Positions 9,227 through 18,429 of a stretch of 64,000 nt of DNA are shown in pieces. The DNA is from an uncultured Collinsella sp. (GTDB taxonomy: Bacteria > Actinomycetota > Coriobacteriia > Coriobacteriales > Coriobacteriaceae), in contig CATZIU010000004.1 in NCBI GenBank assembly GCA_958420165.1, positions 6,591-70,590 on the forward strand, written 5' to 3'. Made by a program: the position numbers and the translations under genes. Position 1 is the stretch's first letter; each line of letters begins with the position of its first letter. The notes below the pieces were generated by a model. The model made no database searches and was not told the origin of the DNA. It was given only the letters and a program-made list of their open reading frames with translations.

Positions 9227-11417
9227 ACTCGCTTGGGGCAACGTCCGCCGCGCCGGCCGCGACTACCTCGTCTACCTTTTGACGCTCACCCTGGGTGTCT
9301 CGGTCTTCTATGCCTTCAATACCGTCTCGATGCAGGTCGATATCGCCGGAATCGATGAAGAGGGCTTGGCGCAGGTTATGGGCAGCATGCTCGGCTACCT
9401 GACGTACTTTTTGGCCGGTGTCATGGCCTTTTTGATGGTGTATGCCAATAACTTCATCATGAAACGCCGCAAGAAGGAGTTTGGCCTGTACCAGGTGCTC
9501 GGCATGGGGCGCGGGCGCGTCGCCACGATCATGGCGCTCGAGACCGTGATCGTCTCGGTCATGGCCTTTGTCGCCGGCATTGTGCTGGGTGTGGGACTCT
9601 CGCAGCTCATGACGTTCTTTACGGCCTCGCTCTTTAAGACACAGATCGCCAATTTCCACTTCTTTTTCTCGGTGCATGCGTTCAACCTGACCCTTGCCTG
9701 TATGCTCGTGATGTTTGTGCTCACGCTACTGCTGAACCTGCGCGTCGTTCGTCGTACCAAACTCATCGAGCTTATGGGTGCCGAGCGTCGCAACGAGAGC
9801 ATCAAGACACGCAACCCCTGGATCGCGATTGCCATCTTTGCCGTGGGCGTGGTGCTTGTGGGCGTGGCCTATTACCGTCTGCTACGTGATGGGTTCCCGC
9901 TAACCGCGACGGACAGCAAGCTGCAAGAGGCCATGAGCCAGTTTGGCATTACGACCGCTATGGTTACCGTGGGCACCTTTGCGCTGTTCTGGGGACTCTC
10001 GGGCATGCTTATCAAGCTGCTGCAGAGCCTGCGCAGCGTGTATTGGCGCGGCCTCAACATGTTTACCGTGCGTCAGCTTTCGGCCAAGGTCAATACGGTG
10101 TGCTTTTCGATGGGCGTCATCGCGATGATCCTGTTTTTGGCCATCACCTCGGTGACGTGCGGTATGTCTATTGCCAATGTGATGAACGAAAACCTGGAGC
10201 GCTATAACCCTGTTGACGTGTCTCAGACGTATGTCTATTACACGCCCGAAACGCTCGACTACTACAAGGAGTATGTCAATCCGTCTGAGGCCGATCGCAT
10301 GGTGCTGGCCGATGCAACGGTCGATTTGTACGCTGCATGGCATGGCGAGCGCAAGTCGGCGGACAACAACGACGAGACCGGCAAGAAGGTCAATATCGCC
10401 GATGTTGCCGGTGAGCATGTGCAGATCGATTCGTATCTGAGTTACCCGCTTGGCGGCTCGGGCCCCTCAGTGGCGGCGGGCGAGATGTGCAAGGCCATGG
10501 GCGAAAAGCTTCCCAAGGCGCTCGAGGGAAGCAACGCCGATGCGATGGGTCTGTTTGTGACGCCGGCGAGCCAGTACAACAAACTGCGCCAGATGATGGG
10601 CGAGGAGCCGGTGAGCATTGGCCGCGACCAGTATTTGCTTACGTGTGATATGGGCGGTGAGCTGGGCGACCTGTACACCAAATACATGGCCGGCGGCCAT
10701 ACCCTCACCTTGGGCGGGCATGAGCTCAAGCCCGCAACCGATAAGTCGGACGAGGACACGGCGGCCATCGCCAACTCGGCGATGGGCAGCAATCCCGGTA
10801 CCGTGGTCGTAGCCGATGAGCTGCTGTCCCAGCTTAATCTGCAGCCGTGTTCCAGTAGCCTGCTCGTTAACTACAAACAGGGGATGGATGTGACCAAAGC
10901 AGACGAGAGCATTAAATACACCATGCTCGACAATCTGCTCGTTGACGGCAAGGAGCCGGGGTCATGGGGTGTCTTCATCACGCGTTCCGAGATGTACACG
11001 CAGGCGGCACAGATGAACGGCATGATTAGCTATCTGGCCATCTACATTGGCTTTGTACTGGTCGTTGCATGCGCGGCGATACTGTCGATCCAGCAGCTCT
11101 CCAACGTGGCCGACGGCAGCCGCAGCTATCGTGTACTGGCACAGATCGGCTGCGACGACCGCCAGATTCGCCATTCGGTGATGGCTCAGCAAGCGGTATT
11201 CTTCCTGTTCCCGCTGGCAGTGGGTTTGGCGCACTCCTTTGTGGCACTTAAGGTGATCATCGAGATGGTGAGCACGTTCGGAGATATGAGCATCGGCGGC
11301 ACCGTGGGCCTCACCTGTGCAATCTTCCTGGCGGCCTATGGTGGCTACTTCTTGGTGACCTACCTCATGAGCGCTGGCATGGTGCAAGCTGCCATAGCCA
11401 CTCGCTACAGCGAATAG
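9216..11417 (+). CDS. BceB-like (FtsX-type) ABC permease, antimicrobial-peptide resistance type
   Basis: KRRKKEFGLYQVLGM motif, multiple TM segments, large extracellular loop, C-terminal FFLFPLAVGLAHS; overlaps the ATPase stop. Confidence 0.88.
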   Translation: MLCKLAWGNVRRAGRDYLVYLLTLTLGVSVFYAFNTVSMQVDIAGIDEEGLAQVMGSMLGYLTYFLAGVMAFLMVYANNFIMKRRKKEFGLYQVLGMGRGRVATIMALETVIVSVMAFVAGIVLGVGLSQLMTFFTASLFKTQIANFHFFFSVHAFNLTLACMLVMFVLTLLLNLRVVRRTKLIELMGAERRNESIKTRNPWIAIAIFAVGVVLVGVAYYRLLRDGFPLTATDSKLQEAMSQFGITTAMVTVGTFALFWGLSGMLIKLLQSLRSVYWRGLNMFTVRQLSAKVNTVCFSMGVIAMILFLAITSVTCGMSIANVMNENLERYNPVDVSQTYVYYTPETLDYYKEYVNPSEADRMVLADATVDLYAAWHGERKSADNNDETGKKVNIADVAGEHVQIDSYLSYPLGGSGPSVAAGEMCKAMGEKLPKALEGSNADAMGLFVTPASQYNKLRQMMGEEPVSIGRDQYLLTCDMGGELGDLYTKYMAGGHTLTLGGHELKPATDKSDEDTAAIANSAMGSNPGTVVVADELLSQLNLQPCSSSLLVNYKQGMDVTKADESIKYTMLDNLLVDGKEPGSWGVFITRSEMYTQAAQMNGMISYLAIYIGFVLVVACAAILSIQQLSNVADGSRSYRVLAQIGCDDRQIRHSVMAQQAVFFLFPLAVGLAHSFVALKVIIEMVSTFGDMSIGGTVGLTCAIFLAAYGGYFLVTYLMSAGMVQAAIATRYSE

Positions 11418-11439
11418 GCGACCTAAAGCAAAACAATCG

Positions 11440-11600
11440 CAGGTCGAGCATAAGTCAGCGAAAACGCCCCTAAGCGAGCAAGGTGACGCGAAAGAGGAGG
11501 GAAGCGTACTTTGGGTACGCGACCGACGATTGAACGTCAGATTGCCGCTTGGGGGCGTTTGCAGCGTCGAGTCGTTACGCGGTTTGGTAAAACCGCGTAA
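11440..11600 (+). repeat. Covarying multi-stem element, family 2 copy 1
   Basis: Shares CAGGT, CAGCGA, CAAGGTG, GAAA, TTGAA, CAGATTG, GCAGCGTCG and TTACG..CGTAA blocks with 52211-52370; stems differ but stay complementary. Confidence 0.8.
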
Positions 11601-12632
11601 CTAAATACGCTCCGCGATCTCGTGGATGAGGTAGTCGGTCTTTTCCCAGCCCAGACACGGATCGGTGATCGACTTGCCAAAGACGCCGCCGTCAACCGGC
11701 TGGTTGCCGTCCTCCAGGTAGGACTCGATCATAAAGCCCTTGACCAGCTTGGAGATGGACTCGTTGCGGCGGCAGCTGTCGAGCACTTCCTTGCAAATGC
11801 GATACTGCTCCAGTGGACGCTTGCCCGAGTTGTCGTGGTTGCAGTCGATGACCGCCGCCGGGTTGGCGTAGCCGGCATGCTCGGTATAGCGCTCGGCCAG
11901 GCGCTCCAGGTGCTCGTAGTGGTAGTTGGGGTAGGTACGACCGTCGAGACCGATGTAGCCACGCATGACGGCGTGTGCGAGCGGATTGCCGTCGCACTCA
12001 ACTTCCCAGTTGCGGAAGATAAAGCTCTGATGCGCCTGGGCAGCGTAGATGGAGTTGAGCATGACGGTGGTGGAACCAGCGGTGGGATTTTTCATGCCGA
12101 CGGGCACCGAAATGCCGCTCGACACCAGGCGATGCTCCTGGTTTTCGACCGAGCGCGCGCCCACGGCAACATAGCTCAGCAGGTCAACGAGGTACTGGTA
12201 GTTGGACGGGTAGAGCATCTCGTCGGCGGTAAAGAAACCGGTCTCCTCGATGACGCGCAGGTGCATATGGCGAATGGCCTTAACGCCTTCGAGCAGGTCA
12301 TCGGGCGCCTCGGGGTCGGGGTTGTGCAGCAGGCCCTTGTAGCCGGTGCCCTTGGTGCGCGGCTTGTTGGTGTAGACGCGCGGAATGATGATGAGCTTGT
12401 CCTTGACTTCCTCGGCGACCTTGGCCAGTCGGTTCATGTACTCAAGCACCGAGTCCTCGCGGTCGGCAGAGCACGGTCCGATGATGAGTACCTTGCGCGC
12501 GTCCTCGCCGGTAAAGATCTTGGCGACCTCGGCGTCGAATGCCTGTTTTTTGGCGGTAAGCTCGGCAGAAAGCGGCATTTCCTCGCGGATCTCCATGGGG
12601 ATTGGCAACTTGCGTTTGAATTCCATGGCCAT
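11601..12632 (-). CDS. 3-deoxy-7-phosphoheptulonate (DAHP) synthase, class I
   Basis: IIGPCS, RVYTNKPRT, GARSVE, PVGMKN, DCNHDNS and SITDPCLGWE motifs. Confidence 0.93.
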   Translation of the reverse strand: MAMEFKRKLPIPMEIREEMPLSAELTAKKQAFDAEVAKIFTGEDARKVLIIGPCSADREDSVLEYMNRLAKVAEEVKDKLIIIPRVYTNKPRTKGTGYKGLLHNPDPEAPDDLLEGVKAIRHMHLRVIEETGFFTADEMLYPSNYQYLVDLLSYVAVGARSVENQEHRLVSSGISVPVGMKNPTAGSTTVMLNSIYAAQAHQSFIFRNWEVECDGNPLAHAVMRGYIGLDGRTYPNYHYEHLERLAERYTEHAGYANPAAVIDCNHDNSGKRPLEQYRICKEVLDSCRRNESISKLVKGFMIESYLEDGNQPVDGGVFGKSITDPCLGWEKTDYLIHEIAERI

Positions 12633-12730
12633 AGGGGCCTCCTCAATCTACAGAAAGAGCAATAAGCGTATTGTCGAATGCTCGGCATTATCCGCTGTCG
12701 CACGCTAAAGTGCAAGCCCTTGTCACTCCG

Positions 12731-12769
12731 AAACCTGCCAAAAAGGGACAGGTTTATTTTGGCAGGTTT
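12731..12769 (+). repeat. REP-like palindrome with GGGACAG loop (family 3)
   Basis: AAACCTGCCAAAA-AGGGACAGGTTTA-TTTTGGCAGGTTT; related copies at 40853, 51114 and 53330. Confidence 0.8.
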
Positions 12770-12850
12770 TATCTGGGGAAATGTCGGCACTCGCTGGAAG
12801 GGGAGGACCGGCGTACGGCACGCTGGAGCAAGTTGGATCTCCTGCGGCAT

Positions 12851-13090
12851 ACCCCGTGGACAAAAAATGGCAAATATGAGTACTGTTGCTAGCTTAGTAT
12901 CATATCGACCTTACAAGATAATAGACACAACAGTAAATATGTTCATTGACGTTGGCACACAGAAGCATGCTACCGGGCGTTTTGATCAATTTGAAGGAAT
13001 ATCTAGGCCGCAAAGACGTCGTTTGGGGCAGTTATGGCTGTTACTAAAAAGGTAACAGTACTCATATTTGCCCTTTTTTGCCCACGGGGT
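12851..13090. mobile_element. MITE-like 240-bp element with ~49-bp imperfect terminal inverted repeats
   Basis: ACCCCGTGGACAAAAAATGGCAAATATGAGTACTGTT at left, AACAGTACTCATATTTGCCCTTTTTTGCCCACGGGGT at right; AT-rich interior with no credible ORF. Confidence 0.6.
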
Positions 13091-13146
13091 CTGGATGGCG
13101 CCGTCAATGAGGTCTCAGGGAAGGCGTTTCGAGGCTCGAAGGACAC

Positions 13147-13180
13147 AAAACGGGGACGCAGGTTGTCCTGCGTCCCCGTT
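13147..13180 (-). terminator. Intrinsic terminator of the MarR-ABC operon
   Basis: AACGGGGACGCAGG-TTGT-CCTGCGTCCCCGTT stem with an A run on + (T run on -). Confidence 0.75.
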
Positions 13181-13211
13181 CTCGGGCGTTATTCGTTCCC
13201 TGCGGCAGAAT

Positions 13212-15068
13212 TTACGCTGCCTCGTCGAACTGCGAGTTGTACAGGTCGGCGTAGAAGCCGCCCTGGGCGAGTAACTCGTCGTGCGTGCCCTTTTCGACGA
13301 TATCGCCGTCGCGAATTACCAAGATCACGTCGGCGTTGCGGATCGTGGACAGGCGGTGCGCGATAACAAAGCTGGTACGGCCCTGCATCAGCGCATCCAT
13401 GGCACGCTGGATGAGCTCCTCGGTGCGGGTATCCACGTTGGAGGTTGCCTCGTCCAGAATCAGCGCCGGGCGGTCGGCCAAAATGGCACGGGCGATGGTC
13501 ACGAGCTGGCGCTGACCCTGCGACAGGTTGGTGCCCTCCTCGTTGATCATAAAGTCGTAGCCGCCGGCGAGCGTATGGATAAAGTGATCGCAGCGTGCGG
13601 CGCGTGCAGCGGCCTCGACCTCGGCATCGCTTGCATCGGGGCGTCCGTAGCGGATGTTCTCGCGGATGGTGCCGTTAAACAGCCAGGTATCCTGCAGCAC
13701 CATGGCAAACTCGCCGCGAAGTGCCGCGCGGTCCCAGTCGCGCACGTCGACACCCTCGACGCGCAGCGAACCGCCGTCCACATCGTAGAAGCGCTGCAGC
13801 AGCTTGATGAGCGTGGTCTTGCCAGCGCCGGTGGGACCGACGATGGCGATGGTCTGGCCGGGCTGCGCCTCGCAGCTGAAGTCGTGGATGATGGTCTTGT
13901 CGGGCGTGTAGCCAAACTTGACATGGTCAAACTCCACGTGGCCGGGGCGCTTCTCGGGAATCTGCGCGTCGGCCTTCTGCTCCTCCTCGGGCGCGGCCAG
14001 GAACTCAAAGACGCGCTCGGTGGCGGCAGCCATCGACTGCATCGTGTTGCTCACATTGCCCAGCTGCTGCACGGGTTGCGTAAAGTTGCGAACGTACTGG
14101 ATAAAGCTCTGGATGTCGCCGGGCGTGGCATTGCCGGTCAGCGCGAGTTGCGCGCCCACCACGACGACGCCCACGTAGCCCATGTTGCCCACCAAACTCA
14201 TGAGCGGCATCATCAGGCCCGACAGGAACTGCGAGCGCCAGCCACTAATAAAGAGGCGGTCGTTTTGGCGGTCGAATTCCTCGATCGAGGCCTCGGCGCG
14301 GTCGAACACCTGGATGACGTTCTGGCCGGCAAAGTCCTCCTCGATAATGCCGTTGACGGTGCCCAGGACCTGCTGTTGCTCGCGGAAGTACGGCTGCGAG
14401 AAGTGAATCATTACGGTCAGGATAATCGCGGCGGCCGGCAGCGTGAGCACGGTGACGCCAGTAAGCGGCAGACTGATCGAAAGCATCATGACGAGCACGC
14501 CGATAATCTGCGTCACCGACGTGATGAGCTGCGTCACGCTCTGGTTGAGCGACTGACCCAGCGTATCGACGTCGTTGGTGATGCGGCTGAGTACGTCTCC
14601 CTTGCTGTGGCCGTTGAAGTAACTCATCGGCACGACGGCGATCTTGGCGGCGATCTCCTTGCGCATGCGGTAGCAAATCTTTTGCGTGACGCCGGTCATG
14701 AGCCAGCCCTGGATGAGGCTGCAGACAGAGCTCGCCAGATACAGGCAGAGCAAAAAGCCGAGCGTCTTGGCGATCCAGGCAAAGTCGACATCGCCGGTGC
14801 CGTTGACCTTGGCAACCAGGCCCTCGAACAGTTTGGTGGTAACCTGGCCGAGCACCTTGGGTCCCACAATATTAAAGATGACCGAGCACACGGCAAAGGC
14901 GACGGCGGCAAACACGGCAATCTTGTGCTGGCCGATATAGCCGAGCAGCTGCCTCATGGTGCCCTTAAAGTCCTTGGCTTTTTCGCCGCGACGCATGCCA
15001 CCCATGCGGCCCATGGGACCACGCTGGCGGGTGGGCTTGGGAATATGAGTCTTGGTCTCGTCTGCCAT
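13212..15068 (-). CDS. Heterodimeric multidrug-type ABC exporter subunit (TMD+NBD)
   Basis: GPTGAGKT, LSQGQRQL, LDEATS and IAHRLST motifs with an N-terminal TMD. Confidence 0.93.
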   Translation of the reverse strand: MADETKTHIPKPTRQRGPMGRMGGMRRGEKAKDFKGTMRQLLGYIGQHKIAVFAAVAFAVCSVIFNIVGPKVLGQVTTKLFEGLVAKVNGTGDVDFAWIAKTLGFLLCLYLASSVCSLIQGWLMTGVTQKICYRMRKEIAAKIAVVPMSYFNGHSKGDVLSRITNDVDTLGQSLNQSVTQLITSVTQIIGVLVMMLSISLPLTGVTVLTLPAAAIILTVMIHFSQPYFREQQQVLGTVNGIIEEDFAGQNVIQVFDRAEASIEEFDRQNDRLFISGWRSQFLSGLMMPLMSLVGNMGYVGVVVVGAQLALTGNATPGDIQSFIQYVRNFTQPVQQLGNVSNTMQSMAAATERVFEFLAAPEEEQKADAQIPEKRPGHVEFDHVKFGYTPDKTIIHDFSCEAQPGQTIAIVGPTGAGKTTLIKLLQRFYDVDGGSLRVEGVDVRDWDRAALRGEFAMVLQDTWLFNGTIRENIRYGRPDASDAEVEAAARAARCDHFIHTLAGGYDFMINEEGTNLSQGQRQLVTIARAILADRPALILDEATSNVDTRTEELIQRAMDALMQGRTSFVIAHRLSTIRNADVILVIRDGDIVEKGTHDELLAQGGFYADLYNSQFDEAA

Positions 15069-17434
15069 TAACGCTCGCCTCCTTCCATAACGGCTGCAAT
15101 CTCTTCTTGGGTAAGTCCCAGCTCCTCGGCGGAAAGCTGCGACTGTGCGATCTCCAGGTACGCCGGGCAGCTGCGCAGCAGCTCCTCGTGCGTACCGGTG
15201 CCCACCACGTGGCCGTCGTCGAGCACGATGATCTGGTCGGCGTGCATGATGGTCGCGATGCGCTGGGCCACGACCACGAGCGCGGCGTCGGTAACGTTTT
15301 TGGCAAGCTCTTCGCGCAGGCGAGCGTCGGTCTTGTAGTCGAGGGCGCTAAACGAGTCATCGAACACCACGACCTCGGGCTTCTTGGCCAGGGCGCGGGC
15401 GATGGCCAAGCGCTGACGCTGACCGCCCGAGACATTGGAGCCACCCTGGCTGATGGGGGAGTCGTAACCGCCCTCGCGCTCGGCGATAAAGTCCTCGGCC
15501 TGGGCGATGCGCGCTGCCTGGTGCATGTCATCATCGCTTACCATGTCGCCGGCAAACTTGAGGTTGCTCTCGACGGTGCCCGAGAACAGACGCCCCTGCT
15601 GCGGGATATAACCAATGCGGCGGCGCAGCTCAGAGAGGGTCATATCGCGCACGTCGATGCCGTCAAGCGAAATGCTGCCGCCCGTGACGTCATACAGGCG
15701 CGGAATCAACTGCACGAGCGTGGACTTGCCCGAGCCCGTGGAGCCAATGATGCCGAGCATCTGACCGGCATGCGTGGTGAAGTTCACGCCGCTGATGACG
15801 TCGGCGCGGGCATCGGGATACTGGAAGCTCACGTCGCGGAAGGTGAGCTCGCCGCGCGGCGCGCTGGCCGCGGGCAGTTTGGGCGAGACGGGGTCGTTGA
15901 TGCTGGTGGGGCAAGTGATGACCTCTTCCACGCGCTCGGCTGCGACCTCGGCACGGGGCAGGATAACCGAAACCATGGTGAGGATCATAAACGCCATGAC
16001 GATCTGCATGGTGTAGGAGATAAACGCCATCATGTTGCCGACCTGCATCACGCCGTCGGACACGCCCTGGGCGCCAAACCAGACGATAAGCACGGTGATG
16101 CAGTTCATGACGAGCATCATGAGCGGCATCATAAAGCTCATGGCGCGGTTGGTGTAGAGCTGCGTGGTCATTAGGTCGAGCGAAGCCTTGTCAAAACGCT
16201 CGAGCTCATGTTCCTCGCGGTTGAACGAGCGGATGGGCATAAGGCCGTCGAGCAGCTCGCGGGCGGTAAGGTTCACGCGGTCCACAAAGCTCTGCATCTT
16301 TTTGAACTTGGGCATGGTGAGGCCCATGAGCACGCCGACAACGGCCGAGACCGCGATGATGGCCACGGCGATGGTCCACTCCAGGCCGGTGTGGTTGGCC
16401 AGGACGCGCATGACGGCGACGATGCCCATGACGGGGGCCATCAGGCACATGCGGATAAACAGGGTTGCGGCCATCTGGATCTGCTGAATGTCGTTGGTGC
16501 AGCGGGTGATGAGCGAGGCCTGGCTAAACTTGCCCACCTCGGCCGGCGAGAAGTGCATAACCTTGTTGAAGGTCTCGCGGCGCAGATCGCGGGCGATGGA
16601 GCAGGCGGTGCGCGACGCCACGGCACCGGTCAGGATGGTGGCGACGAGCGACACCAGGCACAGCCCAAACATCGTGGTCGCCATGCGGCTCAGGTAAGCG
16701 TTCTGCACGTCGGCGGGGTCGATGCCCTGCGCTTTGTACTCTTCTTGTACGTAGGTCACGGCGCGCTGGGTCACGATGGAGCCCGACATGGAGCCCATTT
16801 TGTCTGCCATATCGTTGGCGCCCTCGACGAGCTTGCCCTGGTCGATTAGGCCGCCTTCAACGCCTAGACGCAGGCTCTTCATGGTGATCTTGCCACCGTC
16901 GGCATCAATCTGCTTTTGCATGTTCTGCGCCGCTGCGGCCTTCTGCTGCATCTCGGCGAGCTGCTCGGGCGTCATCGCCGCCATCTGCTCGGGGGTGGGC
17001 ATGGCCTGGGCAGCGTTGTTGTCTTTCTCGCTGGACGAGCCCATCATGTCGCCCATGGAGTCGGCGTCAATGCCCTGGTTGAACGAAAGGACGACAGTCT
17101 CGGGCAGGCTCATAATGTCGGCAATCTTGCTGCCATCGGCACGCTCTTCCTCGGTGCCCTTGTACGTTCGAATGCCGTTATTGTCCGCCTTGCTAAACAC
17201 GGCCTCCGCAGCTTTGGCGTCCTTGGCGCTCATGAAGAGTTCGAGGTCGTCGAGCGATTCGGCGCGAATGGTGTCGGGCACGGGCGAGGCGATGCCGCCT
17301 TGCTGCACGCCCACGTCGACGATGTCGCTCATATAGGTAGGCAGCGCCAGATCGGCGTTGCAGCTGATTACGATAAGTACGATAGCTGTGAACAGTGCCA
17401 GGACGTGCTTTTTAAAGAGCTTGAGAATCCTCAC
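15068..17434 (-). CDS. Heterodimeric multidrug-type ABC exporter subunit with large extracytoplasmic insertion
   Basis: GSTGSGKS, VSGGQRQRL, degenerate FDDSFSALD/VAQR site; ~200-aa insert after TM1. Confidence 0.92.
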   Translation of the reverse strand: MRILKLFKKHVLALFTAIVLIVISCNADLALPTYMSDIVDVGVQQGGIASPVPDTIRAESLDDLELFMSAKDAKAAEAVFSKADNNGIRTYKGTEEERADGSKIADIMSLPETVVLSFNQGIDADSMGDMMGSSSEKDNNAAQAMPTPEQMAAMTPEQLAEMQQKAAAAQNMQKQIDADGGKITMKSLRLGVEGGLIDQGKLVEGANDMADKMGSMSGSIVTQRAVTYVQEEYKAQGIDPADVQNAYLSRMATTMFGLCLVSLVATILTGAVASRTACSIARDLRRETFNKVMHFSPAEVGKFSQASLITRCTNDIQQIQMAATLFIRMCLMAPVMGIVAVMRVLANHTGLEWTIAVAIIAVSAVVGVLMGLTMPKFKKMQSFVDRVNLTARELLDGLMPIRSFNREEHELERFDKASLDLMTTQLYTNRAMSFMMPLMMLVMNCITVLIVWFGAQGVSDGVMQVGNMMAFISYTMQIVMAFMILTMVSVILPRAEVAAERVEEVITCPTSINDPVSPKLPAASAPRGELTFRDVSFQYPDARADVISGVNFTTHAGQMLGIIGSTGSGKSTLVQLIPRLYDVTGGSISLDGIDVRDMTLSELRRRIGYIPQQGRLFSGTVESNLKFAGDMVSDDDMHQAARIAQAEDFIAEREGGYDSPISQGGSNVSGGQRQRLAIARALAKKPEVVVFDDSFSALDYKTDARLREELAKNVTDAALVVVAQRIATIMHADQIIVLDDGHVVGTGTHEELLRSCPAYLEIAQSQLSAEELGLTQEEIAAVMEGGER

Positions 17435-17880
17435 TCGGCATCTCTCCTTTCTTGATTGCGGTCGATAATTTCGTTGGCACGTCTTAGAAGGCGCACCATC
17501 TCTTGGGTATCTGTTTCGCCGAGCTGCTCGAGGAAGGCCGCGGTGCGCTCCTCGAATTCCCGTCGTTTGATTTCGAGATCCTGGAATCCCTTGTCGGTCA
17601 CCGTGACGTGTACGCGACGACGGTCGGTCTTTGAGTGCTCGCGCTCGACCCAGCCCTTGGCTTCGAGAGCGCGTAGGATATTGGCGATGCGGGCGCTCGA
17701 GACCCAGGCGCGATCGGCGAGTTCGCTCGGCGTGAGCGAACCGCCAGCGAGCATGAGGGCGCGCATGACGGCCATCTCGCCGCCGAGGGCTTTGTCCGCA
17801 AAGCGCGAAATGCGCTGATGCATGCTGCCGAACTCGGTAAGGAGCTGACGCCCAAGTTCACGGAAATCGGTATCTTCCAC
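17431..17880 (-). CDS. MarR-family regulator
   Basis: LTPSELA...LEAKGWVER...DRRRVHVTVTDKG; GTG start; overlaps the ABC gene. Confidence 0.9.
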   Translation of the reverse strand: MEDTDFRELGRQLLTEFGSMHQRISRFADKALGGEMAVMRALMLAGGSLTPSELADRAWVSSARIANILRALEAKGWVEREHSKTDRRRVHVTVTDKGFQDLEIKRREFEERTAAFLEQLGETDTQEMVRLLRRANEIIDRNQERRDAE

Positions 17881-18429
17881 CGAAAACCCCTAACACTAGA
17901 AACTATTTTCGGTGAAAGATGATACCCCCGCACGCGCACCCTATACGGTAGATTTTGGGACATGCCTAGAAAACAACCTTTAGGCGACCTCCGTACACCG
18001 TCGGTATCAGCAAAGTTAGGGGTAGATCTCTGAGCACGTCCTAAAGCCCACTCAGAGGCACTTTACCCTGCTAAAGCTGGCATAACAGCTAGAGTGAACG
18101 TCGTACAAAGGCAAGGAAAAAACTAAACAAATCGGTGAACGGTAGTTGTTCACGCTCGCATTTCCTGCGGGTTTGTAAAAAACGCCCTTATGATATAAAA
18201 AAAGAAACATATAACAGCCCAGATGGAGAGGGTCGCTATGTTATCCTTCTCAAACGGGTGAAATCTTGGGTTTTGGGTTGCAGTTCCAAGGTGGACAAAC
18301 GTTTTTCCCTGCACCAACATGTGGTGAAGAACGGAAGAAGCCGGTAGTGCAAGCCGAAAATTCAAGAATTCAATAAGCAGCGGTGTGAGAGAGCGCCGCA
18401 TTACACGTAACTAGGAGCGTGGTTACACA

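Noticed and set aside
17881..18429. ZMP/ZTP (pfl) riboswitch upstream of pflB
   Set aside because: I could not find the GACTGGCG...CGCCTGGG-type core, only weak imperfect inverted repeats.
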